From the NCBI GenBank assembly GCA_041611735.1, contig JBFIML010000006.1, positions 1 to 64,000 of the forward strand: DNA of 64,000 bases, written 5' to 3'. The DNA is from Myxococcota bacterium. GTDB taxonomy: Bacteria; Myxococcota_A; UBA9160; PR03. Below the pieces are notes generated by a model. It made no database searches. It saw only the letters and a program-made list of their open reading frames with translations, and was not told where the DNA came from. The position numbers and the translations under genes are program-made. Shown piece after piece: positions 28,650 to 37,940 of the stretch (positions within the stretch are counted from its first letter, which is position 1; each line of letters begins with the position of its first letter).

Positions 28650-29276
28650 TCAGCGCGACCGGCCGGCCACGCGTTGCCGGCGTGCCACCGGTGCCTCTCC
28701 GAGCAGGCGGTGGCGGCGGATGGAGGGCAGCAAGCTCGGCTCTCGCAGCGCTGCGGAGACGGAGCGCTTGGACTGGACCCACTCCCAGAGGGGCTGGGGG
28801 ACCCGATCGAGCTCGGGAAAGGCCTGGCGGACCCGCCCGTCCCAGGCGTCCGCGAGCCGTTCGAAGTCGGTCGGGTACACCGTCTCGCGACAGGCGGGCG
28901 CCCGGCAATGGCAGCGGAAGCTCCGCCGCAGGTTGAGGGCGCCGTACTCGTTGGTGAGCTCCTCGCCCGCCGCGATGTCCCGGATGGCGACGTCGAACTC
29001 CCAGCCGGAGCTCAGCACGTTCGCCTCGCAGGAATGGTTGATCCAGCGCGCCAGGTCCCAGCAGAGCACGCATTCCCCCGCCGCGTTCAGGTAGCCGTAG
29101 CGCTCGAGCAGCGCGCCGTAGGGCGGCGAGAGCTGACGGACGCGTTCGGGAGGCAGGCGTTGGTCGAGCTGGTCCAGCACCCACACGATGGTGCCGCGCG
29201 GCAGGCGACGGGTGGCGAAGACCCCGAGCCCGATGTCCCCGTTGACGTGACGGAGTTCCGTATCCGGATGGATCAC
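28650..29276 (-). CDS. SET domain protein with post-SET cysteines
   Basis: GLGVFAT, RWINHSCEAN, GEELTNEYG, FRCHCRAPAC; AAGGA SD before GTG 29276. Confidence 0.92.
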   Translation of the reverse strand: MIHPDTELRHVNGDIGLGVFATRRLPRGTIVWVLDQLDQRLPPERVRQLSPPYGALLERYGYLNAAGECVLCWDLARWINHSCEANVLSSGWEFDVAIRDIAAGEELTNEYGALNLRRSFRCHCRAPACRETVYPTDFERLADAWDGRVRQAFPELDRVPQPLWEWVQSKRSVSAALREPSLLPSIRRHRLLGEAPVARRQRVAGRSR

Positions 29277-29534
29277 GTGGAGTCCTTCCGCGGCGAGGGC
29301 ACGGCGCACGACCACCGGATGCGGATGGGGGTGGGGTCCGAAGACCGATGGCGAAGACGACTCGCCTCCCGCCCTGGCCGGCCGCCGCGCACCCCCCTTG
29401 GCTCGCGGCCGCGCCGGCACCTTCCGGCCCTCTATAGGGCGGTGACGCTCGCCTGGCAAGAGAGTGTCGCTGCGGGGACGCGAGTCCGGCGCGGGCTCCG
29501 GGTGCCCGTCCACAAGGCGCCGCCGTCCCTGACG

Positions 29535-29553
29535 AAAATTCTGGCGCAGGAAT
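29535..29553 (+). promoter_or_regulatory. Putative Ada box (AAT-N6-GCA) upstream of ada
   Basis: AAAATTCTGGCGCAGGAAT resembles the E. coli ada operator pattern AAAATTAAAGCGCAAG; AT-rich island in GC-rich DNA ~30-45 nt before a CAAGCT -10-like hexamer (29581). Confidence 0.6.
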
Positions 29554-29611
29554 CGGGGAGAAAGAGCGGGCGCGACGCGGCAAGCTCTCCCCGGGAGGAG
29601 GGGAGACGGCC

Positions 29612-30700
29612 ATGGCCCATCTGGAGACCCGCGCAGGCGTCGGACGGGACGAGGCGACGCTGTGGCGAGCCGTCCTGGCGCGCGACGCAGCCTGGGACGG
29701 CCGCTTCGTGTACGCCGTCCGCACCACGGGGGCCTTCTGTCGCCCCACCTGTCCGAGCCGTCGCCCCCTGCGGCGCAACGCCCGCTTCTTCGCCTCGGCC
29801 GGGGAGGCGGTCCGGGCCGGCTACCGCCCGTGCCGCCGCTGTCGCCCCGAGATGCCCCAGGCGCCGGCCGCGGCCAGGGCCCGCATCCTCGCCGTCTGTC
29901 GCCATCTCGAAGCGCGGGCTGGAGAGCGCGTACCCCTGGCCGAGCTGGCGCGGGCCGTGGGCCTGAGCCCCGCGCACCTCCAGCGCTCCTTCAAGCGGAC
30001 CGTCGGGGTCTCGCCGCACCGCTACGCGGACGCCCTGCGCATGGGTCTCCTGAGAAACGAGCTCCGACGCGGCGCCTCGATCGCGAGTGCGTCGTACGGA
30101 GCGGGGTACGGCTCGAGCAGCCGCCTCTACGAGGCCGCCGCTTCCCGTCTCGGCATGACGCCCCGCGCCTACCGCCGGCGCGGCGCCGGGGAGGAGATCC
30201 GCTACGCCGTCGTGCCCAGCCCGCTCGGCTTCCTGCTGGTGGCGGCCACGCGGCGGGGGGTCTGCAGCCTGCGGCTCGGCGACTCCATGCGGGCGCTCGA
30301 AACGGGGCTTCGGGAGGAGTTCGGAGCCGCCGCGCTCGCCCCGGCCCGGCGGGAGCTTGCCGCCTGGCTCGAGCCCCTGGTCGCATACCTGGCGGGCCGG
30401 GTTGCGGTCCCCGAGCTCCCGGTCGACGTGCGCGCGACGGCCTTCGAGCAACGCGTCTGGGACGCCATCCGGGCGATCCCCTACGGCCAGACGGCCACCT
30501 ACGGCGAGCTGGCCGCGGCGCTGGGGCGGCCCCGGGCCGCCCGGGCCGTGGCTCGAGCCTGCGCTCGCAACCCGGTGGCGCTGCTGGTGCCCTGCCATCG
30601 GGTGGTGCCGAAGGGACGGGGGGCGGGGGGCTACCGCTGGGGGACGGCACGAAAGCGGCGGCTGCTCCGCCTGGAGCAGGAGCAGCGTCCGGATCGCTGA
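29612..30700 (+). CDS. ada: Bifunctional Ada transcriptional activator / O6-methylguanine-DNA methyltransferase
   Basis: Zn motif FCRPTC...RPCRRC, AraC HTH, PCHRV active site. Confidence 0.95.
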   Translation: MAHLETRAGVGRDEATLWRAVLARDAAWDGRFVYAVRTTGAFCRPTCPSRRPLRRNARFFASAGEAVRAGYRPCRRCRPEMPQAPAAARARILAVCRHLEARAGERVPLAELARAVGLSPAHLQRSFKRTVGVSPHRYADALRMGLLRNELRRGASIASASYGAGYGSSSRLYEAAASRLGMTPRAYRRRGAGEEIRYAVVPSPLGFLLVAATRRGVCSLRLGDSMRALETGLREEFGAAALAPARRELAAWLEPLVAYLAGRVAVPELPVDVRATAFEQRVWDAIRAIPYGQTATYGELAAALGRPRAARAVARACARNPVALLVPCHRVVPKGRGAGGYRWGTARKRRLLRLEQEQRPDR

Positions 30701-30768
30701 GGGGGAATCGCTCGGGTTTGTGAGAAGGCTCACGCGGCGGGAGGCCGGGCCGGCCGTTCCCGGCCACG

Positions 30769-32523
30769 ATGGGAGGGAATCCGCGCCTCGGGGCCGCGCC
30801 GGCATCGCGACTCGGTGCGGCTCCCCTCCGCAGACCCGGCGTGCCGCCGCCCCGGCCCGCGCTCGCCGGCGCGCTCCCCAATCGCTACCGGATCCGGCGC
30901 ACGGCATCCCGCCGGCTGCTCGTCTGCACCGAGGCGCCCACGCTCGCAGTCCGCATCGAGCGCGGCTTCACCGTGACGGCCGCCGCCGCCCGGACGCATC
31001 CCCCGGGCTCGATCTTCCTGGACGGCGCGGCCCAGGGCGCACCCTTCCTGGATCCCGGCCGGGGCGTCTTCAACCTGGACCACCACGAGGGCTGCGTGCG
31101 GGCCTTCACCCTGGCCACCTGCGAGCAGGCGATGGTGCTGCTGCGGCGGGGCCTCGACCTGCGCCGACGCGACTGGACCCTCTACGCCAACGATGCCGAC
31201 CTGGACACGGTGCTGGCCATCTGGGTGCTGCTCAACCACCTGCGGCTGCGCGGCGAGAGCTCCCCCGTTCGCGACGCGATCATGCCCCTGGTGCGCCTGC
31301 AGGGCGCCATCGACGCCCACGGCCTCGAGCTGCAGGACGTCTGCGCCCTGCCCCCGGAGCTGCTCGCCGCCACCCGCGCCCGCATGGCGCGCCTCCGCGA
31401 GCCGGAGCTCGCGCTCAAGGCCCAGGGACGCTGGAACCAGGTCGATCTCCTCGCCTACACCGCGGATCGGCTGCGGGCCCTGGACGCGCTGGTGTATGCG
31501 CCGGGACACTTCGAGCGCGTGCCCGAGATCGAGGAGCTGGCCCGCGCCGAGGTCGCGGAGGGCTCGCTGGCCGTGGCCTGCCGCTCGGAGGCCGGGATCT
31601 ACGAGGTGGAGCGGGAGCTGCGCAAGCTGCACGGCGATCGGCTGGCCGTCATCGTCCTGCAGAAGGACCCCCGCACCTACAGCCTGCGTCAGGTGGACCC
31701 CGGCCTTCCGGCCACGCTCGAGAAGGTGTACGCGCGCCTGAACCTCCTCGACCCGTCCGGCGGGGGGAATCGCTCCGCCAACCGCTGGGGAGGGTCCGCC
31801 GAGATCGGAGGCTCTCCACGTCACACGGGAACCCGGGCCACGCCGGAGCTGATCCTCGCCGCCTGTCGTCACGCCTACCGCCGGCCGACGAGCCTGGAAC
31901 GCGCGGCCCGCCTGGTCGAGGCGCTGCTCGGCAGCGCGGCGGTGGGATGCATCGCCCTCACGCCGACCCCGGCGCTGCCGCTCCTGGTGGGACTGCTGGG
32001 TGGGCTGGCCTACCAGCGCGCGCCCGGGCTCTACGGGCTGCGAAGACCCTCCGGGCTCGACTGGCTCTGGCTCGTCCCCGTGGCCCTCGCCGGCGCTCTG
32101 CTGGGGGGCGTGTGGCTGCCGGAGTCCGGGGCGGGCGGCGCCCTGGCGCCACCCGGACCAGCCGCCTGGCTGCCCCTCCTGACGCTTCCCCTGGCCGCCG
32201 AGGTCTGGTTCCGGGGTCTGGGGCATGGCCACCTGGCTTCGAGCTTTCCCATCCAGCACGCCGGCGGACCCTGGTTCGTCTCGGTACCGGTCGTCGCATC
32301 GGCCGTGCTCTACGCGGGGGTCGTCGGCGTGCTCGCGATCCTCGCCCCGCCCGTGGCGCCGGCCCCGCCATTGGACCAGGCGGCGCTGGGCAGCATGGGC
32401 GCTCTCCTGTTCGGCCTGGCCTCCGGCCTGGCCCGCGAGCGCTCCGAGAGCCTGCTGCCGCCCTTGCTGCTGCTCGGCCTCGGCCTCGCCGCCGTCGGGC
32501 TCGTCGCCACCCACGGCGGCTGA
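30769..32523 (+). CDS. DHH-like phosphoesterase-fold domain fused to degenerate CPBP/Abi membrane domain
   Basis: NLDHHEG, ANDADLD, RWGGSAEIGGSPR; C-terminal TM region with AAEVWFRG and RERSESLLPP. Confidence 0.6.
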   Translation: MGGNPRLGAAPASRLGAAPLRRPGVPPPRPALAGALPNRYRIRRTASRRLLVCTEAPTLAVRIERGFTVTAAAARTHPPGSIFLDGAAQGAPFLDPGRGVFNLDHHEGCVRAFTLATCEQAMVLLRRGLDLRRRDWTLYANDADLDTVLAIWVLLNHLRLRGESSPVRDAIMPLVRLQGAIDAHGLELQDVCALPPELLAATRARMARLREPELALKAQGRWNQVDLLAYTADRLRALDALVYAPGHFERVPEIEELARAEVAEGSLAVACRSEAGIYEVERELRKLHGDRLAVIVLQKDPRTYSLRQVDPGLPATLEKVYARLNLLDPSGGGNRSANRWGGSAEIGGSPRHTGTRATPELILAACRHAYRRPTSLERAARLVEALLGSAAVGCIALTPTPALPLLVGLLGGLAYQRAPGLYGLRRPSGLDWLWLVPVALAGALLGGVWLPESGAGGALAPPGPAAWLPLLTLPLAAEVWFRGLGHGHLASSFPIQHAGGPWFVSVPVVASAVLYAGVVGVLAILAPPVAPAPPLDQAALGSMGALLFGLASGLARERSESLLPPLLLLGLGLAAVGLVATHGG

Positions 32524-32702
32524 GCCCCGTCCCGGCGCGCCAAGTTCCCAAGAACCGGTCCTTTTCACGGCCACCGCCAGTGCGGGGAAGCCGCCGCATC
32601 CGTGCGCTGGGATTTCCGGGGTTGCCCTGGGCCTCCGCATGGGACCATGATGTCCGAGCACTCGCACCGGGTTCGGTGAGGGGCCACGAGGAGGGATCGG
32701 AC

Positions 32703-33380
32703 ATGCAGCACACATCGAGTCGCGTCGGGATCGCCCTGCTGCTGGCGGGAGCCGTGGCGGTCGTGGCCGGGGCGGATTCGCACGAGAAGGCCGAAGGCGA
32801 AGCAGCCATGGAAGTGACGGAGGGAGAGGCGACGGTCGAGCTGTGCGACGAGGGTGACGCGCGCCCCGAGTGCCAGCAGACACCGCCGCAGGAGGGCGAG
32901 GTCAAGGAGCGCGGCGTGTGGATCGGCATCCCCGGCATCCCCATCAAGCTTGCCAACGAGGGTGTGAACCGCTGCCTGCGCCCGCAGAACGGCTCGCGGA
33001 TCGAGGGCAGGCCGGTGGTGCTCGATACCTGCGCGAGCACCACGAGCCGCTACTGGATCACCAAGGAGGAGCGCGGCAGCTCGTCCCTGCCGGGAGGCCG
33101 GTTCCTGTATCGCTTCAAGAACCAGTTCACCGGCTTCTGCCTCGAGAAGCGTCCGGACGGGAGCTTCATCCAGAAGGCCTGCACGGACAATCTGAACGCC
33201 CCGCAGTGGTTCTCGTTCGAGCCGGCCCCGTGGCCGCCCTTCGCCGGGGAGTTCCTGTACGCCAACTCCTACCTCGGGGGCCGGCGCTGCCTGCGCGGAC
33301 GCACCAACGGCACACTCACCGCCACGGAGGCGAACTGCCCGAATTTCGCGAGCCGGCGCTGGCGCCGCAACCTGTTCTAG
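32703..33380 (+). CDS. Secreted ricin-type beta-trefoil (RICIN) domain protein
   Basis: Signal peptide; three CL...C...W subdomains (NRCL..C..YW, GFCL..C..QWF, RRCL..C..RW); GAGGG SD. Confidence 0.75.
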   Translation: MQHTSSRVGIALLLAGAVAVVAGADSHEKAEGEAAMEVTEGEATVELCDEGDARPECQQTPPQEGEVKERGVWIGIPGIPIKLANEGVNRCLRPQNGSRIEGRPVVLDTCASTTSRYWITKEERGSSSLPGGRFLYRFKNQFTGFCLEKRPDGSFIQKACTDNLNAPQWFSFEPAPWPPFAGEFLYANSYLGGRRCLRGRTNGTLTATEANCPNFASRRWRRNLF

Positions 33381-33656
33381 CGCCCCGTCCCAGAGGCTCG
33401 TCACCGATCTCGCAGCCGATCCGGTCGCCGCTGGCTGCGTTGCACTGCCTCGAATCATCGATGGAGGGCGCTTCGCTCGTGCGCCCTTCAGCGGCGTGTC
33501 TCGACTCCCATGTGGGCACCGAACTCATGGGGCAGGGCACGAGCAGCCCCATCGGGGGTCGCGCGCCAGGAGGGTCCGGGCCGGGGGTCCGGCCCGGGCG
33601 CTGCGTCGCGCCGTGCCCCGTGGCGCGGGCCGGGAATCCCGGTAGCATCCGCCCGC

Positions 33657-34415
33657 GTGCGACGAGCCTATTCGACCGTCTTCTGGGCCTTCCTGGCGAC
33701 CAGCGCTTTCGCCCTGTTCCCGGTCGCCGTGGCCCTCTGGGCCGTCACCCGTCCCTTCGACCGCCGCAAGGTGGTGCTGCACCGCTTCACCTGCTTCTGG
33801 GCCTCCCTCTACACCTGGTTCAACCCGGCCTGGCCGGTGACGGTGGAGGGACGCCAGCGGATCCGCCCCGGCGTCGCCTACGTCATGGTGGCCAACCACC
33901 TCTCGCTGCTCGACATCCTGGTGCTGTTTCGGCTCTTCGCCCACTTCAAGTGGGTGTCGAAGATCGAGAACTTCCGGGTTCCCCTGATCGGTTGGAACAT
34001 GTCGCTGAACGGCTACATCAAGCTGCGGCGGGGAGACGGGGCGAGCGTCCGGCGCATGCTGCGCGCCTGCCAGGAGACCCTGGCAGCGGGCAACTCGATC
34101 ATGATGTTCCCGGAAGGCACGCGCTCGCCCAGCGGCCGGCTGCGCGCCTTCAAGCCAGGGGCCTTCGAGCTCGCGCTCCGCACCCGGAGCCCGATCCTGC
34201 CCATCGTCCTCCAGGGCACCGCCGACGCCCTGCCCAAGCGCGGCTTCGTGCTACGCGGCCGGCACCCGATCCGGGTGCAGGTGCTGGACGAAATCCCCTA
34301 CGACAGCTTCCGGGCGCTCTCGGCCGCGGAGCTGACGGAGGCCGTGCGGGAGCGCTTCGCCCGGCTCGTTCCCGCCGAGGACGTGAAGCCGCTGACGCCC
34401 GTGGCGTCGGGCTAG
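33657..34415 (+). CDS. plsC: Lysophospholipid acyltransferase (PlsC family)
   Basis: ANHLSLLD, FPEGTRS, FKPGAF, PILPIV. Confidence 0.9.
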   Translation: MRRAYSTVFWAFLATSAFALFPVAVALWAVTRPFDRRKVVLHRFTCFWASLYTWFNPAWPVTVEGRQRIRPGVAYVMVANHLSLLDILVLFRLFAHFKWVSKIENFRVPLIGWNMSLNGYIKLRRGDGASVRRMLRACQETLAAGNSIMMFPEGTRSPSGRLRAFKPGAFELALRTRSPILPIVLQGTADALPKRGFVLRGRHPIRVQVLDEIPYDSFRALSAAELTEAVRERFARLVPAEDVKPLTPVASG

Positions 34416-34442
34416 CCCGGCCTCTGCTAGCCTGCCGCGCCC

Positions 34443-36245
34443 ATGCGAGAGCCCCGCAAGGACCTGCGCAACGTCGCGATCATCGCGCACGTGGACCACG
34501 GCAAGACCACCCTGGTCGACGGTCTCCTGCGCCAGACGGGCGCCTTCCGCGCCAATCAGGTGGTGGAGGAGCGCGTGCTCGACAGCGCCGACCTGGAGCG
34601 GGAGCGCGGCATCACGATCCACGCCAAGGACACCGCCATCGAGTACCAGGGCGTGCGCATCCACCTGGTCGACACGCCGGGCCACGCGGACTTCGGGGGA
34701 GAGGTCGAGCGCGTGCTCGGCCTGGTGGACTCCGCCCTCCTCCTGGTGGACGCCGTGGACGGCGTGATGCCCCAGACGCGCTTCGTGGTGGGCAAGGCCC
34801 TCCAGCACGGCCTGCGCCTGCTGCTCGTCGTGAACAAGGTGGATCGCTCCGAGCAACGGGCCCATGCGGTCGTGGACGAGGTCTTCGACCTGCTGGCGAC
34901 GCTCGGCGCAAGCGACGAGCAGCTCGACTTCCCGGTGGTCTACGCCTCGGCCAAGCAGGGGACGGCGAGCCTCGAGCTCGAGGCTCCGCGCAGCGACCTG
35001 CGGCCCCTGCTGCGGACCATTCTCGAGCAGGCCCCCGCGCCTCGGGTGGACCTCACGGGACCGCTCCAGTTCCAGGCGGTGACGCTGGACTACGACGACT
35101 ATCTGGGGCGTCTGGTCATCGGGCGGGTGGAGCGGGGCGAGCTGGCCCGCGGCGCCCAGGTGGCCCGCGTCCCCCGGCAGGGCCCCCCCGAGCTGTTTCG
35201 GGTCTCCAAGCTGCTCGGTTCCCGGGGCCTCCAGCGCGTGGAGCTCGAGCGCGCCCGGGCCGGCGACCTGGCTGTGATCGCCGGCGTGGACTCGATCGAG
35301 ATCGGCGACACCCTGTGTGCCCCGGGCTGCCTGGAGCCGCTCCCGCGCATCGAGGTGGACCCGCCCACCCTGCGCGTGCGCTTCTCGGTCAACAACTCGC
35401 CCCTGGCGGGGCGCGATGGGCGCTTCCTCACCAGCCGCCAGATCGGCGAGCGTCTGCACCGCGAGGCGCTCGGCAACGTCTCGTTGCGCCTCGAGGAGGC
35501 CGACACCCCGGAGACCTTCGTGGTGGCGGGTCGCGGAGAGCTCCAGCTCGCCATCCTGATCGAGACCCTGCGGCGCGAGGGCTACGAGTTCAGCGTCTCC
35601 CGGCCCGAGGTCATTGCCCGCGAGATCGACGGCCGCGCCTGCGAGCCCGTGGAGGACGTGGTCGCCGACGTGCCGGACGCGTTCACCGGCGTCGTGCTCG
35701 AGAAGCTCTCGGGGCGCCGCGGTCGCATGGAGGTCATGGAGCAGCGCGGCGAGCGGGTGCGTTTCACCTTCGTGGTGCCGAGCCGGGGCCTCTTCGGCTA
35801 CCGCAGCGAGTTCCTTTCCGACACCCGGGGCGAGGGCGTCCTGCACCGGACCGTGCGCGGCTGGGAGCCCTGGGCCGGTGACCTGCCCACCCGCAAGGTG
35901 GGCGCCGTCGTCGCCACGGAGGCGGGGAAGACCACGGCCTACAGCCTCTACAACATCCAGGAGCGGGCGACGCTCTTCGTGAGGGCGGGCGTGGAGGTCT
36001 ACGAGGGGATGATCGTGGGCGAGAATCGCCGCGTCGGGCACATGAACGTGAATGCCGTGCGTGCCAAGAAGCTCACCAACATCCGCGCCGCCGGGAAGGA
36101 CGAAGCCACGATCCTGTCTCCCCCTCGGGAGGTCGCCATCGAGTGGGCCCTCGAGTGGTTGGGGGAGGATGAGCTGCTCGAGGTGACGCCGAACGCGCTG
36201 CGGCTGCGGAAGCGCGTGCTGCCCGCCAACCTCCGCAAGCGTTAG
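34443..36245 (+). CDS. typA: Translational GTPase TypA/BipA
   Basis: [56 protein letters not shown]. Confidence 0.97.
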   Translation: MREPRKDLRNVAIIAHVDHGKTTLVDGLLRQTGAFRANQVVEERVLDSADLERERGITIHAKDTAIEYQGVRIHLVDTPGHADFGGEVERVLGLVDSALLLVDAVDGVMPQTRFVVGKALQHGLRLLLVVNKVDRSEQRAHAVVDEVFDLLATLGASDEQLDFPVVYASAKQGTASLELEAPRSDLRPLLRTILEQAPAPRVDLTGPLQFQAVTLDYDDYLGRLVIGRVERGELARGAQVARVPRQGPPELFRVSKLLGSRGLQRVELERARAGDLAVIAGVDSIEIGDTLCAPGCLEPLPRIEVDPPTLRVRFSVNNSPLAGRDGRFLTSRQIGERLHREALGNVSLRLEEADTPETFVVAGRGELQLAILIETLRREGYEFSVSRPEVIAREIDGRACEPVEDVVADVPDAFTGVVLEKLSGRRGRMEVMEQRGERVRFTFVVPSRGLFGYRSEFLSDTRGEGVLHRTVRGWEPWAGDLPTRKVGAVVATEAGKTTAYSLYNIQERATLFVRAGVEVYEGMIVGENRRVGHMNVNAVRAKKLTNIRAAGKDEATILSPPREVAIEWALEWLGEDELLEVTPNALRLRKRVLPANLRKR

Positions 36246-36261
36246 CTTGTGGTAGCAAGAC

Positions 36262-37845
36262 CTAGGGGAGGGAGGCGGGGAGGGGGCGCTGGCCCGCGGC
36301 CTCGAGCTCGAGAATCTTCTGCCGCCGCTCCTCCCCCCGCCGGCTGCGGACCTCCTGGATCTCCTCCGTCAGGCGCTGCTTGATCCGCGCGATCAGGGCC
36401 TCGTTCTCCACGCGCAGACGGTCCAGCTCGAGGACCAGCTCCTGCTGGGGCACGATGCGCTGGTACTCCACCAGCAGCGTTTCCGAGGCGCGGCGGCCGT
36501 CCCCGAGGACGGCCACCACCCGGATCTCGTTGGCTCCGTCCGCCAGCGGGATCTCTCCGTAGAAGGAGCCGTCGATTCCCGTGGCGATGTAGTCGGTATC
36601 CTGGCCCGTGGTCTGGTTCTCGAGCCGGACCCGGTCCACGAAGGAGAAGGCCGTGGTGTCCAGCAGCGCGACGATCTCGCCCGGGGTGCGCAGCTCGACG
36701 AAGCGGCCGCCGGTGCCGCGCGCCATCTGGCGCAGGGAGGGGTTCGCGGCGCCGGTCACCGCATTGCGGCCCAGGGAGAAGGCGTGCAGCGTGATCCCGG
36801 CTTCACCCGCCATGCGCGCCGCCCGCAGCGCGGCCTTCTCGGCCTGGAGGCGGTCGTAGGGCAGCTGCGCCTTCCCGTCCGTCAGCAGCTGGATCACCTT
36901 CTGCGCACCGGGGCGCGCCTGGCTCCGGGCCCCCTCCGCCGCGGTCAGCTCCACGAAGGCGCGCCCGATCCCCGCGGCGAGGTCCGTCATGCCGGCGGGC
37001 TCGATCCCGGCCAGGCGGTCGAGGGCCCGCTCGACGCGGTCGTAGTCGGAGGTCAAGGCTAGCCGGACCCGGGCATCCCGTTCCGCCAGGGCGAGGATGC
37101 GCTCCGGGGTCGGCGCGAGGTCGCGCTCCTCGCTCCGACGGTGGAAGGCTTCGTCCCCACCCAGCGTGATCAGGCCGACGCGGATGCGGCGTCCAGCTTG
37201 GTTGCCGGGCAGCTCTCGCAAGGCGGTGACGAAGGCGCGCGCCGCGGTGAGCTCGCCCTGGAAGATGGAGTCGTCGCCCTTCCACTCGTCTTCGTCCACT
37301 CCGTCGCCATCCACGTCGGCCTGCGCGTACTCGTTGGTGGAGGTGGAGGCGTCGAGCACGAGCAAGACGTCGTATTCGCCCCGGGAGCCCCGCAGACCGG
37401 CGAGCCCCGCCACCGGGAGCAGCGGGTCCAGGTGCCCGTGGACGCGTCCGAGCGCGGGGCTCTGGATGCGGATCTCGACCTCGGCGGGGGGGCGGAAGAG
37501 CCCCACGACGGCGGAGCGCATGGCGTGCAGGGCGGACGGCGTGGGGTCCACGCGGCGGGTCTCCAGGGCGGACTCCGGTTCCTCGGTCACGACCCGGGTC
37601 CACGCCGTGCTCACGTAGCCCGACGGGCCATCCGCGAGCCGTACGCGGTGCCAGCCCGGGACGGTGGCGACGAGGCGCGCGCGCTCGCCCGCGCGCAGGC
37701 TTCCCAGGTCCGGGCTGCGGCGGCTGGCGCGCTCGCGCACCACCACGCGGCTCACCACCCGGTCCGAGGGCACCACCCAGTCGGCGGCCGCCGCTCCGGG
37801 CAGGAGGATGGCGAGCAGCAGGGCGAGCCGGCACCAGCGGCGCAT
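36262..37845 (-). CDS. Secreted SH3b + VWA domain protein with C-terminal coiled coil
   Basis: Signal peptide; GWHRVRLADGPSGYVS (SH3b); MIDAS DASTS, T (GMTD), LLTDG. Confidence 0.85.
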   Translation of the reverse strand: MRRWCRLALLLAILLPGAAAADWVVPSDRVVSRVVVRERASRRSPDLGSLRAGERARLVATVPGWHRVRLADGPSGYVSTAWTRVVTEEPESALETRRVDPTPSALHAMRSAVVGLFRPPAEVEIRIQSPALGRVHGHLDPLLPVAGLAGLRGSRGEYDVLLVLDASTSTNEYAQADVDGDGVDEDEWKGDDSIFQGELTAARAFVTALRELPGNQAGRRIRVGLITLGGDEAFHRRSEERDLAPTPERILALAERDARVRLALTSDYDRVERALDRLAGIEPAGMTDLAAGIGRAFVELTAAEGARSQARPGAQKVIQLLTDGKAQLPYDRLQAEKAALRAARMAGEAGITLHAFSLGRNAVTGAANPSLRQMARGTGGRFVELRTPGEIVALLDTTAFSFVDRVRLENQTTGQDTDYIATGIDGSFYGEIPLADGANEIRVVAVLGDGRRASETLLVEYQRIVPQQELVLELDRLRVENEALIARIKQRLTEEIQEVRSRRGEERRQKILELEAAGQRPLPASLP

Positions 37846-37940
37846 GGAGGATTCCCCCGAAAGGCGCATCGGCCCCGGGGCGGAGCGGGAGCCGTCCCGA
37901 TCTCATCGGAGCGACGGCTCCGGGGGCTTAGTGCGCGGGG

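Noticed and set aside
30357..35881. 1007-aa and 1003-aa ORFs suggesting overlapping genes or frameshift fusions
   Set aside because: Low-complexity alternative frames; each real gene has its own start, and no slippery site or broken domain was seen.
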